This document shows positions 29,119 to 40,200 of a stretch of DNA of 64,000 bases, piece after piece. The stretch comes from an uncultured Anaerotruncus sp. (GTDB lineage: Bacteria; Bacillota; Clostridia; Oscillospirales; Acutalibacteraceae), in contig UQDL01000001.1 of assembly GCA_900539775.1 (NCBI GenBank), positions 170,569-234,568 on the forward strand, written 5' to 3'. Position numbers and translations under genes: made by a program. The notes beneath the pieces were generated by a model. It saw only the letters and a list, made by a program, of their open reading frames with translations, made no database searches and was not told the DNA's origin. Positions within the stretch are counted from its first letter, which is position 1. Each line of letters opens with the position of its first letter.

Positions 29119-30264
29119 TTAGCTAATAACAGTGTCTGCGTAAGTAATGAGATCAGAGCTATATCCCACAAAAGCAAGATATATCTGCTTATCCTTTGCG
29201 TTTATGGTTCCGTTTCTGTCTATATCAACGCCAACATCATATCCTGCATCAGAAGCCCTTAAGCCAAGAGTGCTTAAATATTTTGATTTATCCTTTGCAT
29301 TGATCATAGTGTTTCCATCCCAATTACAAGCAACAATGCCAACCAAGATTGCGGATTCAACATTGGCATTTTCCACCTTAACGGTGAACGTGCGAGTGAA
29401 GCCGTACTTATAGGAAACCGTTGCCGTGTAAGACCCGGAGGGAACATTAAGAAAAGTGAATTTCCCTGTTTCATCCGTTTCCGCAAACAAGGTTTCGCCG
29501 CCGACTTCAATTGAAACCTGTGCGCCTGTTACGGGATAAGAACCATATTTTTCATTCGGCGAAACTAATGCGCCGATGTATGCAGATACCGAATAGCCAT
29601 TTGATATTTCGGGAGAAAGATCACATTCCATTGGAAAGACCTCTCCCGTGAAATCATCTGCCGTGCTTAAAGCATAGCATTTATAGACACGGGACAAACC
29701 TGAAACGGTTGCATCCCTGTAATCTACTTCTATAAAAGTGCGGTTTGGATTAGTATCTAAGGTTAAGGCAGAATTTATATCAATTGCGGTATCCACTGCG
29801 CTGCCCAACACCGTGAGACTAATCTTAACCAATTCTGCGCCATTATCCGGCAAAACCGAACAAGAATCATAATTGCCCGAATTATAAGCAAACACAAACG
29901 AGCCGTTTGCCGATTCAAGATGAACCGCATTTAAATTCAGGCTGCTGTCTGTTGCAAGCGGCAAAATTCCATTTGAAAAAGACAACACATTTGCATCATA
30001 AGAAGCGGTGAACTGCATTTGAGAAATTGAAGCAAGATCATCAACACGCAGCACCATTTCATATGTGCCGGCAGAAAGCGCATTGCCATCTGCCACATTG
30101 CCGGAAGCATCTCTGTATTCAGCCGTTATAACCGGCTTTTGAGTGCCTATTGAGGAAGTGTATTCCTCTGCCGCTCCGGCAGAAATGCATGATATGAATA
30201 AAGCGCAGGTAAGAACGGATGCCAATGCAACCGATATTATCCTTTTGAATTTTTCGAGCTGCAT
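29119..30264 (-). CDS. cohesin-domain + carboxypeptidase-regulatory-like beta-sandwich + dockerin adaptor protein (ScaC-like scaffoldin adaptor)
   Basis: Signal peptide then a cohesin-like segment (GTYEMVLRVDDLASISQMQFTASYDANVLSF...SFVFAYNSGNYDS...ELVKISLTVLG, compare type-I cohesin FVFRYDPNVLEI...IIVFLFAEDSG). C-terminal GxVxxxxGxPVxGAxVSI (CarbopepD_reg-like), then two Ca-binding repeats NWDGNTMINAKD / DIDRNGTINAKD typical of a dockerin. Confidence 0.6.
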   Translation of the reverse strand: MQLEKFKRIISVALASVLTCALFISCISAGAAEEYTSSIGTQKPVITAEYRDASGNVADGNALSAGTYEMVLRVDDLASISQMQFTASYDANVLSFSNGILPLATDSSLNLNAVHLESANGSFVFAYNSGNYDSCSVLPDNGAELVKISLTVLGSAVDTAIDINSALTLDTNPNRTFIEVDYRDATVSGLSRVYKCYALSTADDFTGEVFPMECDLSPEISNGYSVSAYIGALVSPNEKYGSYPVTGAQVSIEVGGETLFAETDETGKFTFLNVPSGSYTATVSYKYGFTRTFTVKVENANVESAILVGIVACNWDGNTMINAKDKSKYLSTLGLRASDAGYDVGVDIDRNGTINAKDKQIYLAFVGYSSDLITYADTVIS

Positions 30265-30373
30265 TTAATAATTCTCCGTTATTAAAATTTTCGCTTAGCG
30301 CGAATTGCAAGCAGACATTCGGCAGGTTTCCCTGCCGAATGCCTTAATATATTCAGAAGTCAGTTAAACCTGA

Positions 30374-33300
30374 TTATTTAACAGTAACATCTGCATATGT
30401 GATGTCGGTTGTTTTAAGACCTGCAAATGCAAGATAAATTGCCTTATCCTTGGTGTTGATGGTGCCGTTTCTGTCAAGGTCAACGCCAACATCATAGCCT
30501 TCAGCGCCTTCTCTTGTGCCGGCAGCAGCCAAGTAGGTTGATTTATCGTTTGCGTTTACGATTGTGTTACCATCCCAGTTGCAAGCAACGATGCCTACCA
30601 TGGTTGCAGAATTAACATCAGCACCTTTTACGGTGATGGTGAAGGTTCTGTCAAAGCCATACTTATAGGTTACGGTTGCTGTGTAAGTGCCATCCGGAAC
30701 ATTGGTAAGAGTGAACTTACCTGCATCATCGGTGGTTGCGGTAATGGTTTTGCCGTTTGCTTCGATTGAAACAACAGCGCCTGTTACTGCATACTTACCT
30801 GCAGCATCTGTGGGTGCGGACATTGCGCCGATATAAGCAGATACGCTGTGGCCGGTTTCAACAACCGGAGGTTCAGCGGAAGCTTCTGTGAGGCCGTTTT
30901 CAGCAAGCATAAGCTTTTGTCTGATTGAGAAAAGATTTGAAATGCTGAGAGTGTAGCCTTCCTTATCTTCCGGAACATAAGGAGCAAGTGAACCGTGCTT
31001 ATAAAGGCCGGACTGGAAGTTAACAACATCAACTGCATCATCAAGAGCAGTGATGAATGCCTGCCAGCTTGCATCCGAATAGGTTACGCCATCCGGGTTG
31101 GAAGCAGCAGTGTAAGTGTTTGAACCAACAGAATAAGTGTAGTTTGTGGAATCAACATCGATATCAGAAATGCTGAGTGAAGCATCACCTGTGCTGTTTT
31201 TACCTGCAGCAGCGCAGCGAATTTCTTTTTCAAGCTGATTCGGAACATAACCGCGCTCAAGAACCTTAAGCATGTAGTCGTTGAAGTTACGACGAGCTTC
31301 TATAAGGGCGAAGTTTGAAGCGGTTGATGTAACAACTGATTTAGCGAAATCAACAGTTGCAACAAGATCTCTGTAAGTGAGGTGAGTGCCGTTCTGTGCA
31401 TTGTAAGCAGCAAGAGCATCATCCTTCTTGGAATCAACTGTGCCGAATGCATTAACAGTTTCACCGGACTGATCAGTGTAAGTATAATTTCTGTAAAGAT
31501 CAATATTGATAAGTGATTCGGCATCACGGCCTGCAGTAGCCATCTGCTCATACTTAACAACATCAAAGTTTACACTTTCAAGGCCGTTTCTAAGAACATA
31601 AACGTCGTTATAAACGTCCTGAGCAGCACCAACGTTAAGGCCTGCATCAAGAATTTCTCTTGCATAAGTTACCTTATCGTTTACAGCAGCAACAGTGCCT
31701 CTTGTGGTTGCACCGGGAACGATTTTGTTTTCTGTATTTGCATACATAACAACCCATTCATCGGAAGCGGTAACAGCCTTGTTGTTGGCATCATTGTGTG
31801 TGTATTCAACAGCATTGTAAAGAAGATTGCCGGCGCTGTTCTTAAGCTGAGTTGTGGTTGTTGTAAGATACGGAGCTTCAAAATAAGGAGCTGTGCCGGA
31901 TCCTGCATCCTTCCACTCGGTTTCATAAGCGGCATCATTAACCAAATGCCATGCACCTTCAACCTTAACAACCTTTACGCCTGTTGATTTAACAGTGCTA
32001 ACAGGAAGGTCTGTTGCAGAACCGTTAACCATTACGGAAACGGTTTCAGTAGTTGCGGAAACATCAGAATCAGTGATCTTGGTGTTGCCGTAAATCGGGT
32101 TAGCATATACTTCTTCACCGTTTGCATCGGTGTAATGAGTAAGATAGTATACGCCATCCTTAACGATTGCAGAAGCCTTAAGGCCTGCAAAGTTTGCAGC
32201 GCTCATAACATCTGCTGTTGCAGGAGCATAAGCCAATTCGCCCACAACGTTAGTTGTGTTTGAAGTTTTTGCAAAGTTTGCTTTCTGAGAGCCGAGCTTG
32301 CCTGCGTTATCAGCGGTAAAAACGGTTGCAGTTGTTGCAAGAGCCTGCATAACTGCTTCTCTGTAGTAATCATAGTGCTGTGAAGGCTTAACATCAGCTG
32401 ATGAATAGTCATTCAAGAATGCAGCACCGGTGTTGTAAAGAGCTTCTGAAGTTGATACATCGGAAAGATCGCTGACGATAAGATTTGTTACGAGGTCGAA
32501 TCCCTTATTTGTTACAACACGGAATTTAACATCGCTGCGGCCCTGCTTAACACTGTTTTGCTTATCCCATTCGATGAAGTTCATCTTGCCGGTTGCAGGC
32601 ATTGAACCCGGGTTGAATGAGAAAACAAGGCCCTGGCAACCTGTGGAAGCAGAAGCGCTTGCCTTGTTGCCCTTATTGATAGCCGAGCTGTAATCGCCCG
32701 AGCCGTTTGTTGAAACATAAACGCAGTTATAAGAACCGTCGTTATTTCTGTCTGCAAGGATTGTTGCAGGAGTGAATCCGTTTACACCGGAAGTTGTGAT
32801 TGCATCATAAGAGCAAACAACGTGCTGCCTGCATTCGGGAACTGTGTTATCGGTTGCAACAAGGTTTACAGCGTCAGCTCTGCTGAGAAGCTTATCTGCA
32901 GCTGTTACCCAAGCGCCCTTAGGATTACCGTTTTCATCATAAACGATATTCTTAATTTCAGTGCCGTCTTCAAGCTTTTGAACGGTGTACTCATATTGAT
33001 AGTAATCATACCAATCTGTGTTTACAAGATCACCTGTTGCAGGGTTGCAGGCTACGGCAACATATTCTTGACCGCCTACAGTGATGTAAGCTTCAAATCT
33101 CATGTTTGTGCCTGCGTTCTTAACCATGTAAGCAGTTGAATTTACAGCAGCTTCAGGTGCTGCGGTTGAAACAGCGATATTGTTGGGAACAACAATAAAG
33201 TCGCCCTTTCTGGAGTTACCGTTGATAAAGTTAGTTGAGGTGGATGTTGCGCCTTTCTTATTAGCAGCGGTAATATTATCAACGAAGCCGGTTGTTGAAG

Positions 33301-36300
33301 AATTATATGTTTGAGAATAAAGATCCTTCTCTGCAGATACATAGTAGTTCATTGTTCTGCTGAAATCTTTTGCATATTCGGAAGAATAAGCCTGACCGGA
33401 TTCATTAACGATTTGATATGTAACAGTGAATGTTACTGCGGTTGCGTTTGCAGATCCAAGATCGCTTGCCGAAAGTGAACCCTTAACGCCGATGGAACCT
33501 CTTGCCTCAGGATCGAGGGTGGCGGAAGTGTCGCCTGTGAAGGTCCATGTGCCCTTATCAGCCTGAACGCTCTTGATCTTGATCCAAGAACGGCCGAGGC
33601 GCTCGGTAGAACCGTCTGTCAAAATTGTGAAACGGTTGATACCTTTACCAAGGTTTTCAAGGTTGATAGTGTTTTGAAGTTCGCTGCCTGCTGTGTAGCC
33701 GGTTGTTGCATTTGTTGCAAGCTTGGAATCAAGGTTGCCTACCTTATAGCTTTGAAGCTGAGGAAGGAAGCCGTTAACAAAGTTTGCAACTGCCTGAACT
33801 GCGAACATTGCACCCTTCCAAACAGTGTCCGGATAGGTGGTAAATACGCCTGCAAACTGAACAAGGTTTACAATAGCGCTTGAAAGAACGCCGAAGTTAG
33901 AAGCGTCGCTTGAAGTACCTGCAATAACGCTGCTCTGAACAAGGGTGTGGAACGGCTTATTAGCATTTTCGCCGGTTGCATCCGGGATAATGTTTTTGCC
34001 ATACAGCGGCTGATTCTTGCTGCGTGCATTAAGGAGGCCGTTCAAGAGCTCTTTAAGAACATCATAAACCGTAAGGTCTACGCCCTTAGTTGCAATTGAA
34101 GGAGCGTTAATGATTGTTGCAAGTCTGTAAACGAAGTTTGTTACACCGCCGAGCTGCTCGCCGTCTACTTCGTGAGTGCTTGCAATATTAAGGGCGCCTG
34201 TTACAACATCGTCCATAATAAGTGCATAAGAATCGCACTGGCCGCGCTTTGCTGCGCTGCCGAACTGAAGTTCGCCGATAACGGGAAGAAGCTTGTTTGC
34301 GATGATATCAATATTCTTCCAAAGGGTGTTATCAAGGGTAATTAAGCTGTTACCCGAATTATCCGAACAACCAAGGAGAGAAGCAACACCCTTATCGTTT
34401 GCATAGTATGCAATTACGGAATTAAGGATGCTGAAGATATCTGTGCCTGCTGCAACCTGCTGTTCGTATGTTTCAACGCCCTTAACATTATAGATGCTCC
34501 ATGCGCTGCCCTTTTTATCGGTAATCGGAACATATTGCATCATAACATAGCCGACTGCATCACGGCACATTGCATAAATGCTTTCCATGGTTACATCATA
34601 ATAACCGTCTGAGCCAACAGTAACGAACTGAGAATAGTCGTTCTGAGGAAGAATATATGCAAGATGCTCTTGAAGGATAATTCCTGCAACGCCTTCAGCG
34701 TCGTCACATTTATCCCACTTATCAAGGTGGATCGGTTTAAGATCCTTAATATTGTTTTGGAGGCAAGCAATAAGAAGCGGAATCATTGCACCTTCGAGAT
34801 TAGACTCTGAAAGAGCAGCAGATTCACCGTTCTTTTGATAGAAAGAAGAAAGGATGTTCTTATCGGTTGCATCGCCAACATACTGGATAACCTTGAGTGC
34901 ATTGGAAACAAGAGTTTTACCAATTGTTTTAGCGTCATTTGTGTTGATCTTCTGAAGTGAAGATGCGCCTGAATAATCAGGTAAGAAATCCTTAACAGCT
35001 GCGATAAGGAAATCATTGAGGCCGGCAAGAATGTTATCATAATTGCCGTAATCATTTGCCATGAAGCTATCAAGGTTTGAGGTGCCGGTGCACTTAAGGT
35101 TTGTATTAAGAGGACCGGTTTCGCTCTTGAAGTAATAAACCATGAGCGGGCTTCTGCGCAGCTTGTTGAAGAGCTGAGTAGAATCAATATCTCTCCAATT
35201 GTTATGAGCGTCTGCTACAGCGCTTCTGTCAAAGGTGAGATTTGCCTTAACCTGATCAAGATCAAGCTTATATTCCTGAGCCCATGCCTTAACATTTGCT
35301 TCGGAATAGTTGTTTGCGGGATTTGAATAATCCCAAGTTTTGCCCTGGCCGAGGAACCACTGAACGTAATCCCAGTCATAATCGGCTATGGCGTTGTTCA
35401 AAAGCCTGAGAGTAGGCTGAAGAACGGTTTTCCAAGCAATGCCCAAAGCATCATAAGAGAACTTGAAGAGCGATGTGCCCGGAGTTAATGTAAGATTTGC
35501 ATCATCTGCACCGTCGCCGTTTGAATCATACTGGAAGAGATAAACATTTCCGTCCGGTGTGTAGCAAAGGCCGGGGTCTTTTTGGCCGGCAGCAAAGCGG
35601 GATTGAGAGCTTGTGCCGTCTGCATAAGTTACATTAACATTGATCTTCTTGAGGAGCTCATCCTGCAAAGATCTGAAAAGCATGGTATCAAGATCATAGC
35701 CTGCTTCGTTGTTATACATCTTAGTGGCTTCATCACTTGTGTACCATGTGGTAGACTCGGTGAGGAGTTTTACAATAATATTGTATACAAGGTTTTTCTC
35801 ATAGCCGTCTTTCATACCAAGCTTTGCAGCATTGTTAAGGATGCTGTAAAGGTTAAGGTTAAGAGGCAGGCTTAAAGTACCTCTGAGAACCTGGTTAATA
35901 ACAGCGTGGCCGCCGTCCCAGTTAGAAACATTGTTATAAAGAACATTCAAAATGGCTTTAACAATGCTCTTTGCAGAGTTATTAGCTCTGTAGTCCTTGC
36001 CGCAAGCCGGATAGCCGCCGTCTACCTTAGTGTAAGACAATCCTGCAAGAGGGCTGAGAGTAATGTTTTTAAGATCCTTACCCAAGCCGTTTGCCTGATC
36101 AACAGTTGGCTTCAGCTGATCAACTATATCAAGAAGACCGCTGACACTGTCAAGAGTACCGTTCAAATTAACGGAAACTACAACGTAGTTGCCGCTTAAT
36201 GAAACCGGCATTTTAAGATCATAGAGGATGTCGTCCAAATAATCAAGAAGAGCTGCACAGGTTTGCTCGTCATTAAGCTCAACCCAAGCCAAAGCATTGG

Positions 36301-36433
36301 CTTTAAGCGCTTCATCGTGATATTTGGGGTCGGAAGAGGCTGCGAAAGCAGAAAATGCGCCTGAAAATGCGGTGAGCGCCATTACTGCTGCAAGAAACAA
36401 AGCAAGCAATTTCTTGCCAAATTTTGTTTTCAC
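30374..36433 (-). CDS. giant (2020-aa) secreted dockerin-bearing protein with no recognisable catalytic domain
   Basis: GGAGG RBS then 7 nt then GTG at 36433 (VKTKFGKKLLALFLAAVMALTAFSGAFSAFAASS, signal peptide). The ORF track extends upstream to 36547. The C-terminal ~150 aa match the C-terminus of the 381-aa adaptor (CarbopepD_reg-like plus dockerin NWDGNTIVNAND / DLDRNGTINTKD). Confidence 0.7.
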   Translation of the reverse strand: MKTKFGKKLLALFLAAVMALTAFSGAFSAFAASSDPKYHDEALKANALAWVELNDEQTCAALLDYLDDILYDLKMPVSLSGNYVVVSVNLNGTLDSVSGLLDIVDQLKPTVDQANGLGKDLKNITLSPLAGLSYTKVDGGYPACGKDYRANNSAKSIVKAILNVLYNNVSNWDGGHAVINQVLRGTLSLPLNLNLYSILNNAAKLGMKDGYEKNLVYNIIVKLLTESTTWYTSDEATKMYNNEAGYDLDTMLFRSLQDELLKKINVNVTYADGTSSQSRFAAGQKDPGLCYTPDGNVYLFQYDSNGDGADDANLTLTPGTSLFKFSYDALGIAWKTVLQPTLRLLNNAIADYDWDYVQWFLGQGKTWDYSNPANNYSEANVKAWAQEYKLDLDQVKANLTFDRSAVADAHNNWRDIDSTQLFNKLRRSPLMVYYFKSETGPLNTNLKCTGTSNLDSFMANDYGNYDNILAGLNDFLIAAVKDFLPDYSGASSLQKINTNDAKTIGKTLVSNALKVIQYVGDATDKNILSSFYQKNGESAALSESNLEGAMIPLLIACLQNNIKDLKPIHLDKWDKCDDAEGVAGIILQEHLAYILPQNDYSQFVTVGSDGYYDVTMESIYAMCRDAVGYVMMQYVPITDKKGSAWSIYNVKGVETYEQQVAAGTDIFSILNSVIAYYANDKGVASLLGCSDNSGNSLITLDNTLWKNIDIIANKLLPVIGELQFGSAAKRGQCDSYALIMDDVVTGALNIASTHEVDGEQLGGVTNFVYRLATIINAPSIATKGVDLTVYDVLKELLNGLLNARSKNQPLYGKNIIPDATGENANKPFHTLVQSSVIAGTSSDASNFGVLSSAIVNLVQFAGVFTTYPDTVWKGAMFAVQAVANFVNGFLPQLQSYKVGNLDSKLATNATTGYTAGSELQNTINLENLGKGINRFTILTDGSTERLGRSWIKIKSVQADKGTWTFTGDTSATLDPEARGSIGVKGSLSASDLGSANATAVTFTVTYQIVNESGQAYSSEYAKDFSRTMNYYVSAEKDLYSQTYNSSTTGFVDNITAANKKGATSTSTNFINGNSRKGDFIVVPNNIAVSTAAPEAAVNSTAYMVKNAGTNMRFEAYITVGGQEYVAVACNPATGDLVNTDWYDYYQYEYTVQKLEDGTEIKNIVYDENGNPKGAWVTAADKLLSRADAVNLVATDNTVPECRQHVVCSYDAITTSGVNGFTPATILADRNNDGSYNCVYVSTNGSGDYSSAINKGNKASASASTGCQGLVFSFNPGSMPATGKMNFIEWDKQNSVKQGRSDVKFRVVTNKGFDLVTNLIVSDLSDVSTSEALYNTGAAFLNDYSSADVKPSQHYDYYREAVMQALATTATVFTADNAGKLGSQKANFAKTSNTTNVVGELAYAPATADVMSAANFAGLKASAIVKDGVYYLTHYTDANGEEVYANPIYGNTKITDSDVSATTETVSVMVNGSATDLPVSTVKSTGVKVVKVEGAWHLVNDAAYETEWKDAGSGTAPYFEAPYLTTTTTQLKNSAGNLLYNAVEYTHNDANNKAVTASDEWVVMYANTENKIVPGATTRGTVAAVNDKVTYAREILDAGLNVGAAQDVYNDVYVLRNGLESVNFDVVKYEQMATAGRDAESLINIDLYRNYTYTDQSGETVNAFGTVDSKKDDALAAYNAQNGTHLTYRDLVATVDFAKSVVTSTASNFALIEARRNFNDYMLKVLERGYVPNQLEKEIRCAAAGKNSTGDASLSISDIDVDSTNYTYSVGSNTYTAASNPDGVTYSDASWQAFITALDDAVDVVNFQSGLYKHGSLAPYVPEDKEGYTLSISNLFSIRQKLMLAENGLTEASAEPPVVETGHSVSAYIGAMSAPTDAAGKYAVTGAVVSIEANGKTITATTDDAGKFTLTNVPDGTYTATVTYKYGFDRTFTITVKGADVNSATMVGIVACNWDGNTIVNANDKSTYLAAAGTREGAEGYDVGVDLDRNGTINTKDKAIYLAFAGLKTTDITYADVTVK

Positions 36434-37021
36434 AATTTTTACCTCCGTGAAAATTTTTAAACGCAATGAAGTTTCATTCATAAAATGTTCACACACCGAC
36501 TCTCTGACCCATGGGCAATCCACACAGAGCGGAAGCGTGCGTTGCAACGCCTCAATGCGAACAGATATTTACAAAAGCGAATACTACTCCATTCATTAAA
36601 TATTAAAACACAAGGCAAAACAAAAGTCAATATTAACAAAGGCGAAACGGCTTTTTCGGCGTTTTTGACGAAATTGTAAACGGCAATTTGTGCAAAATAA
36701 ACACCGAAAAATTTACAATTTGTTCATACATTTCTTACAGAAAATTTACTTTGTAACAACTTCGTAACCCTTTACAGAGGGTAGTTTTCGTAAATGTGAA
36801 GCCCTTTACACAACAACATATTGTATATTTTTTTGCAATTTTTTTCAAAATTCAACAATTCAAAAAAGGCTGTTTGCTTGACCTGAAGCAGTCCGCTTTT
36901 TCGGCTTTTTTTATGCAGGCGTAACGAAAGACAAACCATTTTTTGTTTCTTTTTAGGGGATGATTTACATATGAGCGTTCATTTTTGTTCACAGTTTGTT
37001 AAAGATTTCAAAAAAAAGGTG

Positions 37022-37050
37022 TTGACTTCCTCTTTTATATTTGGTATAAA
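37022..37050 (+). promoter_or_regulatory. sigma-A-type promoter TTGACT-17-TATAAA for the 2443-aa gene
   Basis: ttgact tcctcttttatatttgg tataaa. It gives a ~155-nt 5' UTR containing the palindrome TTAATGA-N13-TCATTAA (37103-37129). Confidence 0.5.
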
Positions 37051-37210
37051 TATATTGTATTGTTCGTGCGCGTGGGTATTTTGCGCCCTGCGGGCATGTT
37101 TGTTAATGATTTATTCACAAATTCATTAACAAATTTTCCCCGAGCAGTTGCCTGTGCGCTTACAGAGGGCATGTTTTATGTTCCCAAATCATAAAAAAGG
37201 AGAGATGATT

Positions 37211-40200
37211 ATGAAAACGAGCAAACGATTACTCAGCCTTCTCTTGGCTGTGGTAATGGTGATAACAACTTGTTCAGTCGGCATGAGTGCTTTCGCGGCC
37301 GATAAGAACGATGATGTTTTCACCTATGTTACCGATGAGGGTAAAGCGGTTGATATTACATACGAATCGCTTAACAACCTTATCAACACCTACGCTCCCG
37401 AAATCATTAAGCTTCTCGGCGATAAGCTTACCGGTCTCGGTGTTAACGTAGATGAAGTTTGTGCTTCAGATAAGCCGATTTACGAGCTTTTGGCACAACT
37501 TTCTCCGGCGCTCATCAAGCTCATGGGCAGCAGCTCTGTTACCGATGAGGTTATCAAGGACATTCTTCTTGATGCCGGCATTATCGGAGACGATGTTGCA
37601 GAATCAGATCAGCTTGATGCCGTAAAGTTTGCATATGTTCAATATGCTTACCTTAATGATGCGGCAGCACCGATGAGCATCTGGAACCTTTATCAATTCT
37701 GCATGGATAATGAAAAAGCAGATGATAAAGATTTAAAGAACTACTGCAAAGATACCAAGGCTGTTCTTATTGATTTGCTTAAAGCTTTCGATGAAGCCTT
37801 CACAGTTGCAAAATTATCTGTTGACTCAGATTTCGCAACGGTTGAAGAGTATGTAAGAACTCAGGTAATCGGCGGCAGTCAGTTTGAAGAAAACGAATTT
37901 GCAGTTAACAATAAGGTTGATTACTTTGCACCTTATCTTTTAAGTGCTTCCTGCTACACGGCAGATGATGCCGGCAAGCTTGCAGAGGCTCTTAACGCAG
38001 GACTCAGCGGATCAATCACAAAGATTCCCGCTTCGCTTGCAAACGCAAAGGATGTTGTTGCACAGGGCAACGGCTTCAGCGGCAAAAAGCTTAGCGAAAT
38101 CAATGCTTCAAGTGATGCAAATGTTGCCGCATTCATCAACAAGGTTGTTTCACTTTGTAAAGCAGTTAATGCTCCTATCAGCGAAAACCCGTCACTCGGC
38201 GAGGCTGCATTCTGGTATTACAATCAGCCTATCAGAAGCAAAAACGCCACTCTCACTGCTGTTTTAACAAATCTCAGCGGCGAAGCAATAACAGTAAGCG
38301 ACGGCGGTATCACCACCTTTACTGTTCAGCCGGGCGAATATTTCTATGATGTATGTAAGCAAGAAGACCTTACATATGATGTATTTGCAGGTTTAACCGG
38401 CGGTGTATTCCCTGCAGACGCTGCAACGGATTCATTCTACTATGCGCTTTATGAAACCAGCTTTGTTTGGTCTGATAACATTTTTGATGTTTTCGGCTCA
38501 GTACCTTCGGAAGACGAAGCAACAAAGTGGATGTTCCAAAGCGAATTCACCGCAGAGGATTTCACAGCCATTAAAAACAGAGTGGCAGATTTGGTTGCCG
38601 CAAAAGGTATAGTAAAGCCCGCAGAAACAAAGGAAACAGATTTCCTTAAAGAGCAGGCTGCAAAGATTACAGAAGAAGAATTTATAAACGGTGTTGGTTC
38701 TGTTCCCGCTGTTACGGCAGACGGCAGATTCTCAAACTTCCTTAAATTCTATTTCTTAAACGAAGTATTCTCAAGTGTTCCGCTTGCAGAAATTGCAGGA
38801 TGGGACGGTGCAGAGGAAACCATCAGCGATGCCATGAAGGTTGCAGGAACTCACGCAGCCAACATCATCAGAGGCTATTCTGAATTTACACTTTCAAAAG
38901 CCGTTGTTCCCACTATTTCGGCAGCATATAAATGGGATGACGTTAAGCCGTCAGACAAACTTGCAATCGAAATCGTTAACAACAACATCAACGGCTATGT
39001 TGATTATGTAAGAAAAGGCATCCCCGGCGTTAACATCAACATATATGCAATCGCAAAGGACATTATTGCAAACCTTACCGATTCGCTTACATTGGATACA
39101 CTTCTTGAAAAAGTTACAGACATTTACAAGAAGCTTGCAGAAGACCCGGTTAAGACCATATTTGAACTTGTTCCCGTAATCGTTGTTGTTCTTGACGATG
39201 TACTTGTTCCGCTTCTCTTTAACCAAGACGGTCCCGACGAAGCAGATATGTATTACGGCCAGATCAACGGCATTGTTGCAAACCTGCTTAACGAGAAAAA
39301 TCTTACTCAGTCAACAGGCAGCACCGTGGGCATCGGCAAAATCGGCTGGAACCTTAATGAAGTTCTTCCCACATTGCTCCACTGGCTCAACGGCGATAAC
39401 AGCTACACCTATACCTATTATAATGTAGACACAACAAACCCGGACAAATATATTTACAACACACCTTCAACAGGCGCTTTCGGCACTAAGTATGATAATG
39501 ACGGTAAAGAGCTTAACCATGTTCCCGTTATTCTTAACATTTATGCCGTTGATAAGGCTCTTGCGGCCGCTTCCGCTTCAGACCTTACAAACGGCAAGGA
39601 TGACATGCTTAAAGAGCTTCTTGCTTCCGTTATGAACCTTGCCGTTGAAAATGTTGACAATTATGTTGCAGAGCACGGCAACGATGTTGGCAAATATATT
39701 GTTGGCCAAGACGGCACAAAGCAAATAGTATTCAGAGGATTAAACAATGTGCTTGTTGCTCTTCCAAGCATCATCAGCAACATTGGCGAATCATTCCTTG
39801 CTCAATTCGATGTTCCGAGCGATTGGAGCTTCGGCGAATTTAAAACAGATGCAAACGGTTGCAAATACAATGTTTCCGCAAAAGAATTCAAAGATCTTTG
39901 CAAAAACAATTCACCTGCATCTGAAGTGCTTAAAACATTTGTTGATATGTTCGTTAACAACTGGTTTAACGCACTTACCGATTTCTTAAACGATGTTGTT
40001 TCAACAAACAACACAATCACAACCAAACTTCCTGTTGTTGCTTCTCTTCTTCAGGCTCTTGACCTCTTCGGCGAAACAAGTATTCTTACCGATGCGCTCA
40101 ACGGCTTCTTCCTTATGAACAGAGAGCACAAGGATTCATTCACATTTGAGCCTCAGCCAAACGGCTATGTTGGCATCAGCACACTTTCCGCTTACTTCCT

